From: Nageia nagi
Taxonomy: Eukaryota; Plantae; Pinophyta
DNA length: 64,000 nucleotides
Direction: 5' to 3'
NCBI GenBank assembly: GCA_050084985.1
Contig: JBITNC010000001.1
Coordinates: forward strand, 165,478,001-165,542,000
The notes beneath the pieces were generated by a model. That model did not search any database. It had not been told where the DNA came from and saw nothing but the letters and a program-made list of their open reading frames with translations. This document shows, piece after piece, positions 14,111 to 25,290 of this stretch (positions within the stretch are counted from its first letter, which is position 1; every line of letters begins with the position of its first letter). The position numbers and the translations under genes are program-made.

Positions 14111-14299
14111 ATGCAGATCTCTGATAGCAGTTCTAGTTTTAGAAGCGGTGTCTCTTCGCCATGTGCAGCATGCAGAATGCTGAGGAGACGATGTGGAGAG
14201 AAATGCGTTCTAGCTCCCTACTTCCCCTCCAATGACATTCAAAAATTCGCTACTGCCCATAAAATTTTTGGAGCCAGCAACATTATCAAGTTTCTTCAG
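14111..14299 (+). CDS. LBD: LOB-domain (LBD/ASL) transcription factor, class I, LBD1/LBD11-like, exon 1
   Basis: C-block SPCAACRMLRRRCGEKC (CX2CX6CX3C) and GAS block start LAPYFP...AHKIFGASNIIKFLQ. Donor CAG|GTATAC at 14299/14300. Confidence 0.95.
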
Positions 14300-14599
14300 G
14301 TATACTGTCTATATGATTTATGGTTTTCATAAAGTATATTAACCTTCGAAGATCAATTTATTTATAAGACAATTATAGCAGGTCATTATATGTATATCTC
14401 TTAGTGGAAGTCAATTTATCTATAAGACTATTGTAATAGATCATTACATAGTATGTATGTCTCGAACATAAGATATAAACCTCAACAAAGTCAATACATT
14501 ATGAAGTTATAAACTACAGGTGATTGCAAATAACTACAAAAGTTTTGGAGAAGGAAACACTTATTGTTCTAAAAGTGTCTGTAATTTGTGTTTTTTCAG

Positions 14600-14953
14600 G
14601 ACTTGCCCGGAGAGCTGAGGGAAGATGCAGTGACAAGTATAGTGTATGAAGCGGGTGCGAGGATTCGAGACCCTGTGTATGGTTGTGCTGGAGTAATCTG
14701 CCATATGCAGAGGCAGATATCTCAGTTACAGTCACAACTAGCAAGTGCTCATGCAGAAATTCTAACCATGCAATTACAGCAGGCCAATCTCCTTGCCATG
14801 CTTACGGGTTCTGTTGAAACGAGTCAGCCATTTTCTCCAACGGGCAGTGCTACTTCTCAAGAAAGTGATGAGCAGCACAAGAATAACGATTTGATTTTCT
14901 CTGGCGAGTATCCTTTGGAACTGTGGGACGTCTCGCTATGGACACACCGTTAA
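14600..14953 (+). CDS. LBD: LBD transcription factor exon 2 (spliced product 180 aa)
   Basis: Acceptor TTTTTTCAG|GAC after a 300-nt phase-0 intron. Encodes DAVTSIVYEAGARIRDPVYGC, a leucine-zipper-like segment and the C-terminal LWD.SLWT. Confidence 0.95.
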   Translation, partial: DLPGELREDAVTSIVYEAGARIRDPVYGCAGVICHMQRQISQLQSQLASAHAEILTMQLQQANLLAMLTGSVETSQPFSPTGSATSQESDEQHKNNDLIFSGEYPLELWDVSLWTHR

Positions 14954-16043
14954 TGTAATCTATAAAAAATAGTGGCGAATCATAGTAGTCTGGAACAAGG
15001 TTACTAATGAAAAAGCCGGCATTCTTAGTTCTACTTGGAAAAACTTAGTCTGTGCAGATCTGGGAATGCTCTTCTGAACGTATTTGGTAAGAAATGTTAC
15101 ATCTATATTTCCAAAAATAAAGTTTGACGAGTATCATCATCAGCATGCTGAGAAAAAGGGTGACATGATGTGAAGTATTAGGAGTTTGATCAACTACCCC
15201 CATTGAACAAGGAGATGAAGAGGACTTGCAGAAGAATAGTGGCAGCATGTAGTCTATTCTAGAGTGGTGTGCACATGTTAATGTAAACATGGCAATGACA
15301 CAGAATTTCTGAACTGACATCTGAGAGGGTCACATTTTCAATTTACGAATTATTTCTACTAATTCGATCTTTGACCCTCCAACTATATGAAGTCTTGCAT
15401 TCCAATTTTTCATGTTTTCAAACTTGGTTCGCATGTTTTCTTTTCATAGTTTGATTAATGTATTATATCTATAATAATATTATGTTTCAATATAATAATT
15501 TATTATGCTGGAGTGGAGTGGGTTCCTCATTTTCAGAAAGTCAAAATAAATTATTCCTCATTTTCATAAAGTCAAAATAAATTATGTTTCATTGAACTCA
15601 CTTCCATGTTTAAAGAAAAAGCAAGGATATGTCATTCCATGTTTAAAAGAAAAAGAAAGGACATCTTATTAAATTCTTTTGTGTCACTTTAAAAAATTTG
15701 GTTTACACAATAGATGTAGTATTCAAATGATGAGATGCTTCGTAAGTTTAAAAAGTTATAATGATGTAGAAATTTGTTAGTAAATATTAAATAATAGATA
15801 TTAAAATGAATAAGTAAAATAAAATCAACATTTAACATTCTTTTAAATTTATTAGTTCGTAAGATTTATCAAGAATTTTTAAATGTCATCAATGTAGGAG
15901 ATAGGAGTGGAACTTGGAAACTTTCATATGGGTGCATTCATACCTCACTTGTCTCCCAACTCCCCTAACAAGAAGTGATATAAATGTTAAAAATAAATAT
16001 AAAAGTAAATCATGGTAAGAGGATATATATAAGGTTAAGTTTT

Positions 16044-16167
16044 TTATTTATTTTTTATATATATGATACACACAACTCACACACCCAACGTAGGGATTGG
16101 AACTCAAGATCTACCGATGACAGTTGCAGACATCCCAAGGCTCAACCACTACGTTACTCCCATTGGG
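16044..16167 (-). mobile_element. tRNA-derived SINE, ~124 bp
   Basis: On the minus strand: A-box-like TAACGTAGTGG, B-box-like GAGTTCCAATCC and an A-rich tail. Perfect 17-bp TSD ATATAAGGTTAAGTTTT at 16027-16043 and 16168-16184. Confidence 0.85.
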
Positions 16168-17762
16168 ATATAAGGTTAAGTTTTAGAAAAATGTGTTCTA
16201 GAAAGAGAGAAAATAAAATGTGGCAAAAAGAAATTGCATGTGAAAAAAGTACAATTGTAGAAAATAATGATATGGAAAAGTCATTGATTTTACAAAAGTG
16301 AGTTTCTATAAAATGATAATGTGGCATAAGATAGTGATAGATCCTAAGAGGGGAAAAATATATTTATAAAAAAGAAGATAATTTTAGAGAGCATTCCAAA
16401 TATTTAAAATTATTTAAATACCTCACTTTTCCTATAACTAGAAATACTTCATAGTCATGAAAGAAAAATGAAGAAGTAAAAACTTAAGTATCTGTTACTC
16501 AACTAAGCTATTATTCCTTTTAGTATGAATGTGACTTTTAGAGTATTATAAGAGTGTTACGCAGGGAAGTAACTCTATCAAAATTTTCATTGATGGTAGT
16601 GGCTTAAGACCATGATCACCTTTTGAAAGGGACGACTATGGGGTAAGTCTCCATAAGGCATTTCTAAGTTGCTAAAAAAAGCTATGGGTGATCTATAGAA
16701 AAATAATTATCTTTTTTACAAGATTGAATAGCTTACAACTTCAAAAAGTATTATTCAATAACTTACTCTTTTTTCTTCGTTTTTCTATAGAAGCCTCCTA
16801 GTTGGTAAGAGTAGATTACACCAATAAAGATAACAAAAGGTTAAGGTAAGAGTATGTATTTCTTCCACCTCTCTAATATGCTTGTAAAAGTAATGAATAA
16901 TACTCGATACAATATTTTAGGGCACTAACCAAGGAGGAAGGGTTTTCTATTCGTGATTTCTCAAATCCTTAATGTAATTTGCAAGAAAAGGCATTCGCTT
17001 GTATTGGTACTCAAAAGCCACCTCTCTCCTACAATCTACAGGCCAAGATATTGAGCAGCTACCTCCCTTCCAACTCCTTGATAGGACCTCTAATCCTTCA
17101 AACTAAGATATCAACAAAGGGATCAAAAAGGAAATCTACTTGGCTTACCTAAAGACAACTTGGATTGAACCAAGAAAACCTCTTTCACCAAAGCTCTTAC
17201 ATTGTTCTCATGTTTACATGAAACTAGAGAATGGTGTTATTAGCATCATTAATTACATCAAGCTACACATATCACATGGTTTCCATTTTCCCCTTATTTA
17301 AATAAGGGTTTTTTCACACCAAATTTGTATCGTGACAAACTACCATATCCCTAGAGACCAATGCGTATGCAAACTATGCAACATGGAACCAAAAACTAAA
17401 GAACAATTAAATTTATTTTCTGCATCTACTATGAAATTCATAGCCAATCTCATTACTTATTTAGGGGTGCCAACATTATGAAATCGTGGATGAAGTATGA
17501 AGAACAAAAATGTCTTATACTCTACATTATAAAAGAAACTCACCTCAGATAGAAAGTGATCGTTGATAGATCCTGCAACACGACAAGTTCTAAACTTATC
17601 ACATCTTATTTTCAACGTTGGAAACTACAAATCAAGAGCATCACTTGAACCCTAAAGATTCTAAAAGGATTACTTATCAATCCATTATTGCTTAAACCCA
17701 CTAGGGATACTCCCTTTGATAATGACATCAAGAGTTTTTTTGTGAACTTAAATGTTGGAGGA

Positions 17763-18942
17763 TGTGATGTCCCACTTGTATCATTGTAATTAATTATAAA
17801 ATTCTATGAATTCCCCTTTTGTATTATATTTTATTATTAAGTTGTGCTTGAAGTAATACTTGGGCTAGAAGAATTGATGGGTCATTGGACCCCATTGTGA
17901 GTCCCAAGTGGGACGTCTCCCTCCCAAGCGTAAATTAGGTGCTTTAATGTACTTGGAGATCACGATCATGATTGTGGGAATCCCAAGGTCTATTTAGCAC
18001 TTAGGTGGATGGATGAGCACTTGTATACATGAACCAACCTTAGGGAGACTCCTAGACCCCAACGTTGGCCCATGATGACACCCTAGCCCCACACATGACT
18101 CCTAGACCCATGTTAGGAATGCGTGGCACTCCATACCCCCATGTTGGCATTTATGGCTACTAGATACCCACGTTGGGCATACCTGACCCCTAGGCCCCCA
18201 CATTGGACATTCTCAACCCCCGGGAGGCTAACATTGGATTAGAGGAGTTGGGTGATAACTCCTAGGTGAGATCCAGATCCAATGATGTGTTATAAAAAGG
18301 CATTGGAGCCTCATAGTTGGATATGCTTGATTATTATTACATTTGATATCATCCAGAGGACAAGAGACTTAGCACAACGCTAAGCAAACCCCTAGGTGCA
18401 ACATCTAGGAGGATTAGCAGGATGAGGGATCCTGTTGTCTACAGAATTGGTGTAGCACCCTTGCCCATCCTGTGGTATTTTGAGGTTGCGCTTCTACCTT
18501 CAATGGTTTCTAGGATCAGAGGAGGGCTTCTTCGGTGGAGAGGATTTGAGTTCTGAGGGAGCAAGATTGTCCCATCCATCCGTCCAGCTTGAGGACATTT
18601 GTTGTGCCTTAGTTGGCTCCTTAAAGGCCAATGTCCAACTCTGGGAGCTTGGTATTGTATTATTGCTATTTCATATCATTTATACAACCATTGGGCCATT
18701 TGATCTCCAATTTACATTGTGTACTTACTCATGTTGGAATGTTGGATTATCTTTGCATGTATGTGATTGTATGAGCTATACATTGGCATTTTGAAGTGTT
18801 GTATACTGTTATTTGCCAGTTTGGGTCAAACATTGGCATTGTGGTGTTGTGTATGCATTATCTGGATGCCCTAGACTAGACGTTGCGATTTACTTGTGTA
18901 TTTTGAGCATTTTGCACTTGATATTTTGATTGGATCCTTACA
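17763..18942 (+). repeat. 5' LTR (1180 bp)
   Basis: Direct repeat of 22033-23068; TATA-like TATAAAA at ~18291. Confidence 0.92.
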
Positions 18943-18976
18943 GTGGTATCAGAGCTTGGATCTAGCCAACCTGTGA

Positions 18977-21104
18977 ATGATACCTACAGTTTGTCGCTAT
19001 TACACCAGATCCACCATTCGAAAGGAGATGGCATCTGCCAAGAAGAGCAAAAAATCGCAAGCAAAAGACACACCTTCTAGGGTCATCCAAGAGGAAGAGA
19101 GTCGATTGTAGATGAATGATGTGCCAAATGAAGGTAACTATGGAGAGGATAATGATGCACCAAGAGGGAGATCTGCATCAACCATTTCGATCATTCATAG
19201 CATGACGGGAGCCATTAGCACCATGCAAAGGCAGTTGAACAGACATTTGGGAGTTCCAGAGGAGCCAGAAAGGCACATTAGACCTCCACGTCCTATTCCA
19301 AACAACGGAGAAGAACCGCATGAAGAGGACAAAGCAAATAGGGAGACAAGTATGAGGAGATCCTACAGTCTGAAAGATCGAAAATTCACTCATCATGGAT
19401 CTATGGGTCATCTAGAACCCACATTCTTGAGATCCCACTCACATTGAGCACCATAGGGTACTAACCCTCTCCTAGGGAAGTAGCTAGATGAGGATGTTGG
19501 CAAAATTGGGGAACAACCCATTATCCCCAAACCGTCCAAACCCATGTTCGCCAAGAAGTTGGGAGAAGATGTGAAGAATAATGTTCTTGGCCCACTAGAG
19601 CTAAATAAGATTTTCAAGGAGTACTCTATGTTGGATCTGGGATTGAAGAGAGATGTCAACTTCAATGACTACCTGGAGATCTTAGGGTTGAAAGGGAGCA
19701 GTTCATACAGTCCACACACTCCAAGCAGCTCATGGGAAGATAAAAGAGACCTACAACAGAAAATAAATAAAATGTAGGTGCGAATTTATGATGGGAAGCG
19801 GATGACAGCTAGGGCATGGTTGCATCAGTTGCAGACCTATTTCACTTTGAGCCCAAACATGGTGGAGGAAGATGCAATTCATTTGCATCATTACATTTTG
19901 AGGGTGATGCCCTCGAATGGTGGCAGCATGGAGTAATCAGCCAGGACTACTCACTCATTACCTCCTTTGATGAGTTTGTTAGACAACTAGTAAAGAGGTT
20001 TGATCGGAAGGAGAATGATTACTTCCAAGATCTGACATCTTTGAGGCAATAGGGAGCAGTAGATGAGTATGGATCTGAGTTCCAAAAGATTGTAGTCATG
20101 ATTCACCACATTCCTAGGAGTGGTTGATATTCCTCTTCATAGAGGGACTGATGGAGCCATTGCAGGGAATGGTCAAGGTATCCTCACCAAGGAGCCTTGA
20201 TGATGCCATTCGAGCTGCAGATGTACAAGGGGCCGACCACCTGGAAGATGTACAAGGGGAATGGTCAAGGTATCCTCACTAAGGAGGGTAGACATACAAG
20301 GGGCTGGCCACCTCGAAAAATTTTGTAGATAAGGAGGGGCCTAGCAAGGCCAAATCCTTCCCCCCACCTCGGACAAACTAGTTGGATGCAGCTACTCAAA
20401 GGAAGTTGAGGGAGGAAGGCAAGTGCTTCTATTGCAAGAAGACTTGGGATCCAAGGAACCATTGCTAAGGCAAGGGACAGATACATTACATACAGGTGTT
20501 TTTCGATGAGGAGACAGATGATTCAGACTTGGATCTTGGCGTGGATATGTTAGATCAGGAGGCATCAAGAGCAGAAGGCATGTTAGGGAGCATGATCACT
20601 TCATGACATGGGGTGAAGAAGTACCTCACATCGAAGGTGGTGGGGCAAGCTGTTGGCAAACATATGATGGTCCTGATTGATCTAGGAGCATCCCACAACT
20701 TCATCAATGAGGACTTTGTTGAGAAGAACCTAAAAAACAAAGGGTTTGAAGGATTCAGAGTTTCCAATGCCAATGGGAAACTCACTCTCATGGATCACAT
20801 AGTTGAGAGGTTTGGAGTGAGGCTACAGAGCTACATTGTAAGGGAGAACTTCTATGTTTATCCCTTGAAGGGGCATCCCCACATCATTTTGGGAGTGCAA
20901 TGGTTGTTCAAGTTGGGTGATATCCACACTAACTACCAGAAACTCACTATGAGTTTCGAGATTGATGGGAAGACCCATACATTGCAAGGAATTCGTGATG
21001 ATTTTCCACAAGTAGATAACAAGCGAATGGAGGTGATTGAGTGGTGCCAAATGAAGGACGAAGCTGAATATGGGGCCACGTTGGACAAAAAAGAGTTTGG
21101 ATAG
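18977..21104 (+). pseudogene. Disrupted gag (retrotransposon gag domain, zinc knuckle) and aspartic protease
   Basis: FASLHFEGDALEWWQ (gag), KCFYCKKTWDPRNHC (knuckle) and LIDLGASHNFI...IILGVQWL (gypsy protease). Confidence 0.85.
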
Positions 21105-21736
21105 GAGGAGAAGAGCGTTGGAGAGCTCCCATACCCCACATTGCATCCTAGGAAGCTTGGAGGTGGCACGTTGAGCTTGGTAGGTCTCCTACACCTCACG
21201 TTAGGCCTTAGGGAGGCTAGACACCCCACGTAGAGCCTTAAGGAGTCTCTACCCCTCACGTTGAGCACCAGGGAGGCTTGTCATCTCGCATTGGGCTTCA
21301 AGGAGGTTTGCCACCCAATGTTGGACCTAAGATAGCTTCTACCCCCCACATGGAGCACTGAGAGAGCTAGGAGTGGAAAGTTGAGCTTGAAGGGGATCTG
21401 CTTCCCCACATTGGATTCAAGAGAGCTACTACACTTCGCATGGGTGGATGAGGGATATTTGTGCGTCATAATAAGCATGAAGGGGTTTGGACACCCCACG
21501 TTTGGTTTGAAGGGGGCTGAGTACCTAACAACTACGTTGAGGGAGTGTTGGCTTCACACGTTGGACCTGGGAAAGTCTATACACTTGATATTTGGCCAAA
21601 GTGCAACTTGGTACCCCATGTTGGAGGAAGGGGAGGTTTCTTGCTTCACATTGGCAGTTGAGGGAGTTTGGAACTCCACGATAGGCTTGGAGGGGACTTG
21701 GCCTCATACATGGAGTAAAGGCTCCACCTGTTTACA
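21077..21736 (+). repeat. Degenerate 30-bp tandem array (~21 units) in frame with the protease
   Basis: The CAC(G/A)TTG core recurs at 21137, 21167, 21197, 21227, 21257 ... 21677, always 30 bp apart with no indels. Confidence 0.85.
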
Positions 21737-22032
21737 CTTACCTATGATTTACTTGAGGTTCTTGTAGGTACACCCTTTAGAGGCATTCATAAAATCCCTT
21801 GTTTTCTCAGGACAACCATGCAGTACCTGATGGGGAATGATAGCCACATCATATCAAAGTTTTTGCATGCAGTTCCAACATTTTGCATAGGGTCCTCATC
21901 AGGGAGAGGACATATTGAAGTTACATTCCACTTTGGCAGATTGTAGTCTACAAGGTTGAAAGATTCTTGGAAGACAATATCTTGCAGTCTCCTACCATTG
22001 CTTGAGAGCAAGCAATTTGAGAGGGGAGGATT

Positions 22033-23068
22033 TGTGATGTCCCCTTTGTATCATTGTAATTAATTATGGAATTCTATGAAATCCTCTTTTGTATTATATT
22101 TTATTACTATGTTGTGCTTGAAGTAATACTTGGGATAGAAGACTTAATGGGTCATTGGACCCCACTATGAGCCCCAAGTGGTATGTCTCCCTCCCAAGCA
22201 TAAATTAGGTGTTTTAATGTACTTGGAGATCCTGATCATGAATGTGGGAATCCCATGATGACACCCTAGCCCCACGCATGACTCCTAGTTAGGCATGTGT
22301 GGCATTTCAGACCCCCATGTTGGCATTTATGGCTCCTGGATGTCCATGTTAGGCATACCTAACCCTTAGGCCCCCACGTTAGACATTCTGGGCCCCCATG
22401 AGGCTAACATTGTATTAAAGGAGCTGGGTGATGACTCCTAAGTGAGATCCAGATCTAGTGATGTGTTATAAAAAGGAATTGGAGCCTCATAGTTGGATAT
22501 AATTGATTATTATTACATTTGATATCATCCAAAGGACAAGAGACTTAGTGCAGCGCTAAGCAAACCCCTAGGTGCAGTATCTAGGAGGATTCGTAGGCTG
22601 AGGGATCTTGTTAGTCTACGACATTGGTCTAGCACCCTTGCCCATCCTATGGTTTTCCGAGGTTGCACTTCTACCTTCAAAGGTTTCCAGGATTAGAGGA
22701 GGGCTCCTTCGTTGGAGAGGATTTGAGTTCTAAGGGAGCAAGACCATCCCATCCATCTGTCCATATTGAGGACATTTGTTATGCCTGTTGGCTCCTTGGA
22801 GGCCAACATCCAACTCTAGGAGCTTGATATTGTATTATTGCTATTTCATATAATTTATACAACCATTGGGCCATTCAATCTCCAATTTACATTGTGTACT
22901 TGCTCATGTTTGCAACATTGGATTAGCTTTGCATGTATGTGATTGTATGAGCCATACGTTGGCATTGTGGTGTTGTGTATGCATTATTTGGATGCCCTTG
23001 ACCAGTCGTTGGGGTTTACTTGTGTATTTTAAGCATTTTGCACTTGATATTGTGATTGGATCTTTACA
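22033..23068 (+). repeat. 3' LTR (1036 bp, shortened by internal deletions relative to the 5' LTR)
   Basis: Matches the 5' LTR but lacks ~110 bp between two CCCA microhomologies, plus smaller indels. Confidence 0.92.
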
Positions 23069-24289
23069 AAGGAGCCCTTGAACTCTCCATACGTGGACTT
23101 CTTGCCTCACTCAATCTTCTTGTCTATGACACTATTGTTTTTGTATACTTCTCTTCTTATATGTGATTTTTTATAGCCCATTGACCATTTTTTGCACCTA
23201 GGAACATCAATATCAAATTTCAATTTAAATTTTAATTTATGTACATGATGGTGATATCTGCAGGTATTATTCTCGATTCACTACAAAAATTAAAAGATCG
23301 ATAACTTCCTAAGGTTCCAATTTAGTTCCTCGAATGTCTCAATATATGCAAGCTACACAACAACTCAAAATCATATACACATTTTATCTAGGCCTAGGTA
23401 TCAATGTATAGTTTTATGCACCTTACTTGACATAAGCTTTATGGGTTGGCATGCTTAGCAAAAACTTACAAATCCTCCATGATATTTTAAACCCTTTCTA
23501 AAAGGTTTCTAACCTATTATCAATGTAAAAATAAAAACTAGCAAGAAAATGATTCGAAATTAATCTAGAATAAAGGTTAGGTATAAATCTAGTCCCTTGA
23601 AAGAGTTTTGATACCACATTATAAGATCTTGCAATAAATATGCTATCAATATCCTAAATCTCTCATTTCTAAATTATTCAATCCTATGAGTGGTATCAAT
23701 CCCTTAGAAGATACAACACAAATCTACTTATAGACACAAGGTATTTTGCCAAAAATGTCAACCTTGGTCATAAGGGAAAGTTCATTAATATGACCAAAAT
23801 AATCACACAATAATCAATTATTTACAAATACGAAAGGGAAGATACTTCAATCATAGTACCATTATGAAAATATTTACAATATCACGAACCTCTAAAAGGA
23901 GGCAACTACCTTCTTACATTATATATTCCCTTGACACATGCTTCTTACAAATATTTCTTGTATGTTTACCTTCTTACATATTCCTTTACACCTGCATTCT
24001 TGCATAATATTTTATCAAGTGTTTTTTATTCCCTTTTGTCTAGTCACTACTCTTAGTGTTACATAACTCAGAAAGAGGTGGGTATGTAACAAACCTATAA
24101 ATGTTGAAACATAATAACATGTTGATATTTGTAGATTTTTGAAAGAAATTTTTTTAATACATCATCTAAATCTAAATGATAAAATTAGAGTAAGAAAATC
24201 AATTGTGACGTATGTAATCATAGTTGATATTCTCTTTAAAAGTTCCTTTGAAGATACATTGCTTAAATTTGTAATAAACACTTTAATAG

Positions 24290-25290
24290 TAATGCTATGA
24301 GTAAAGAAATTACTTAGAATGAATTATTACTGGTCAACTATGGAAGACAATTCTCATGAGTATGTAAAAGCATTTAATCAATACCAATAACATGCACATT
24401 TTACTACACACTAGAGAATTATAAAACGTGACATTTTTTGGCCTTTCAATTTAGGGTCTTGATTTAGTAGGCATGATTAATCCAACATGTACAAAAGGAC
24501 ATTAGTTCATCATTATAATCATAAAAAATATTTCACCAAGTGGGTTCAAGTAGCCCCCTTGTTTCACCTAAATATGATATTATTAAATTTGTCTTTGCTA
24601 ACATTATCATAAGATTTGGACTATCCTTTACCATTTTTTAGATAATAGGACAACCTTCAAGAATCAATACATAAAAGTTTATGACAAATATAATATTCAA
24701 CATAATATATCAACTCCATACTATCCATAAGGAAATTAACAAGCAAAGGCCACATCAAAGTATTTATCAAGATCCTATCAAAGATAGTAAACATGCATGG
24801 AAATGGTTGGCATGATCATCTATACACAATACGATGGGCTTATATAACATGAATAAGAACTTCAATAAGGACAACTCTTTACACATTAGTTTATGGTAAG
24901 GAAGTAATGATGTCTTTAGAATTAGTCCAAATTCCTTTCTTAAGAATTTGTTTGTGAGAAAATAATCGCATGTGAAGATATCAAAAAAAATATTTAAATA
25001 ATTCGAAAAGTTTGAAAGAAATGAGCCTATCCTTTTGAACACTTAAGAATTTATCTTAAGAAATTACAAAATGAATACAAGGAAGTTCAATAAAAAGAAT
25101 TCCAATTAGAATGCATAGTCCACTTGGAACATTAAAAAAATCCCAATATAAAAAGGGTCAAAAACATAAGTTTGAAATAAATTGGCTTAGCCTTATAGCA
25201 TCATAGAAAAATTCAATTAATAGAATGTAAGGTTTTCCCAAACCCCATGAACACGAACATAGTACACCTTAAAGGTGTTATAATTGAACT
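24290..25290 (+). pseudogene. Heavily decayed Tat-type gypsy integrase fragment
   Basis: YYWSTMEDNSHEYVK, WPF..GLDLVGMINP, YFTKWV; similar to 2040-2300. Confidence 0.65.

Larger units (their letters stand above)
17763..23068 (+). mobile_element. Non-autonomous gypsy-type LTR retrotransposon (gag + protease only; TR-GAG/LARD-like)
   Basis: LTRs 17763-18942 and 22033-23068 (TG..CA). PBS TGGTATCAGAGC 18944-18955; PPT GAGAGGGGAGGA ~22019-22030; TSD GAGGA/AAGGA. No RT, RH or INT motifs in the 3.1-kb interior. Confidence 0.9.
16550..24063 (-). mobile_element. Highly degenerate minus-strand gypsy relic that hosts the 17763-23068 element
   Basis: Reverse PBS-like TTTTGATACCA at ~23606-23616 lies next to an LTR-like segment (~23620-24063). 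Faint pol-like residues at ~16610-16650 (LPHSRPF). Boundaries are approximate. Confidence 0.4.

Noticed and set aside
15524-15662. Two short tandem duplications downstream of the LBD gene
   Set aside because: Ordinary 31-35 bp slippage duplications with no evidence of function.
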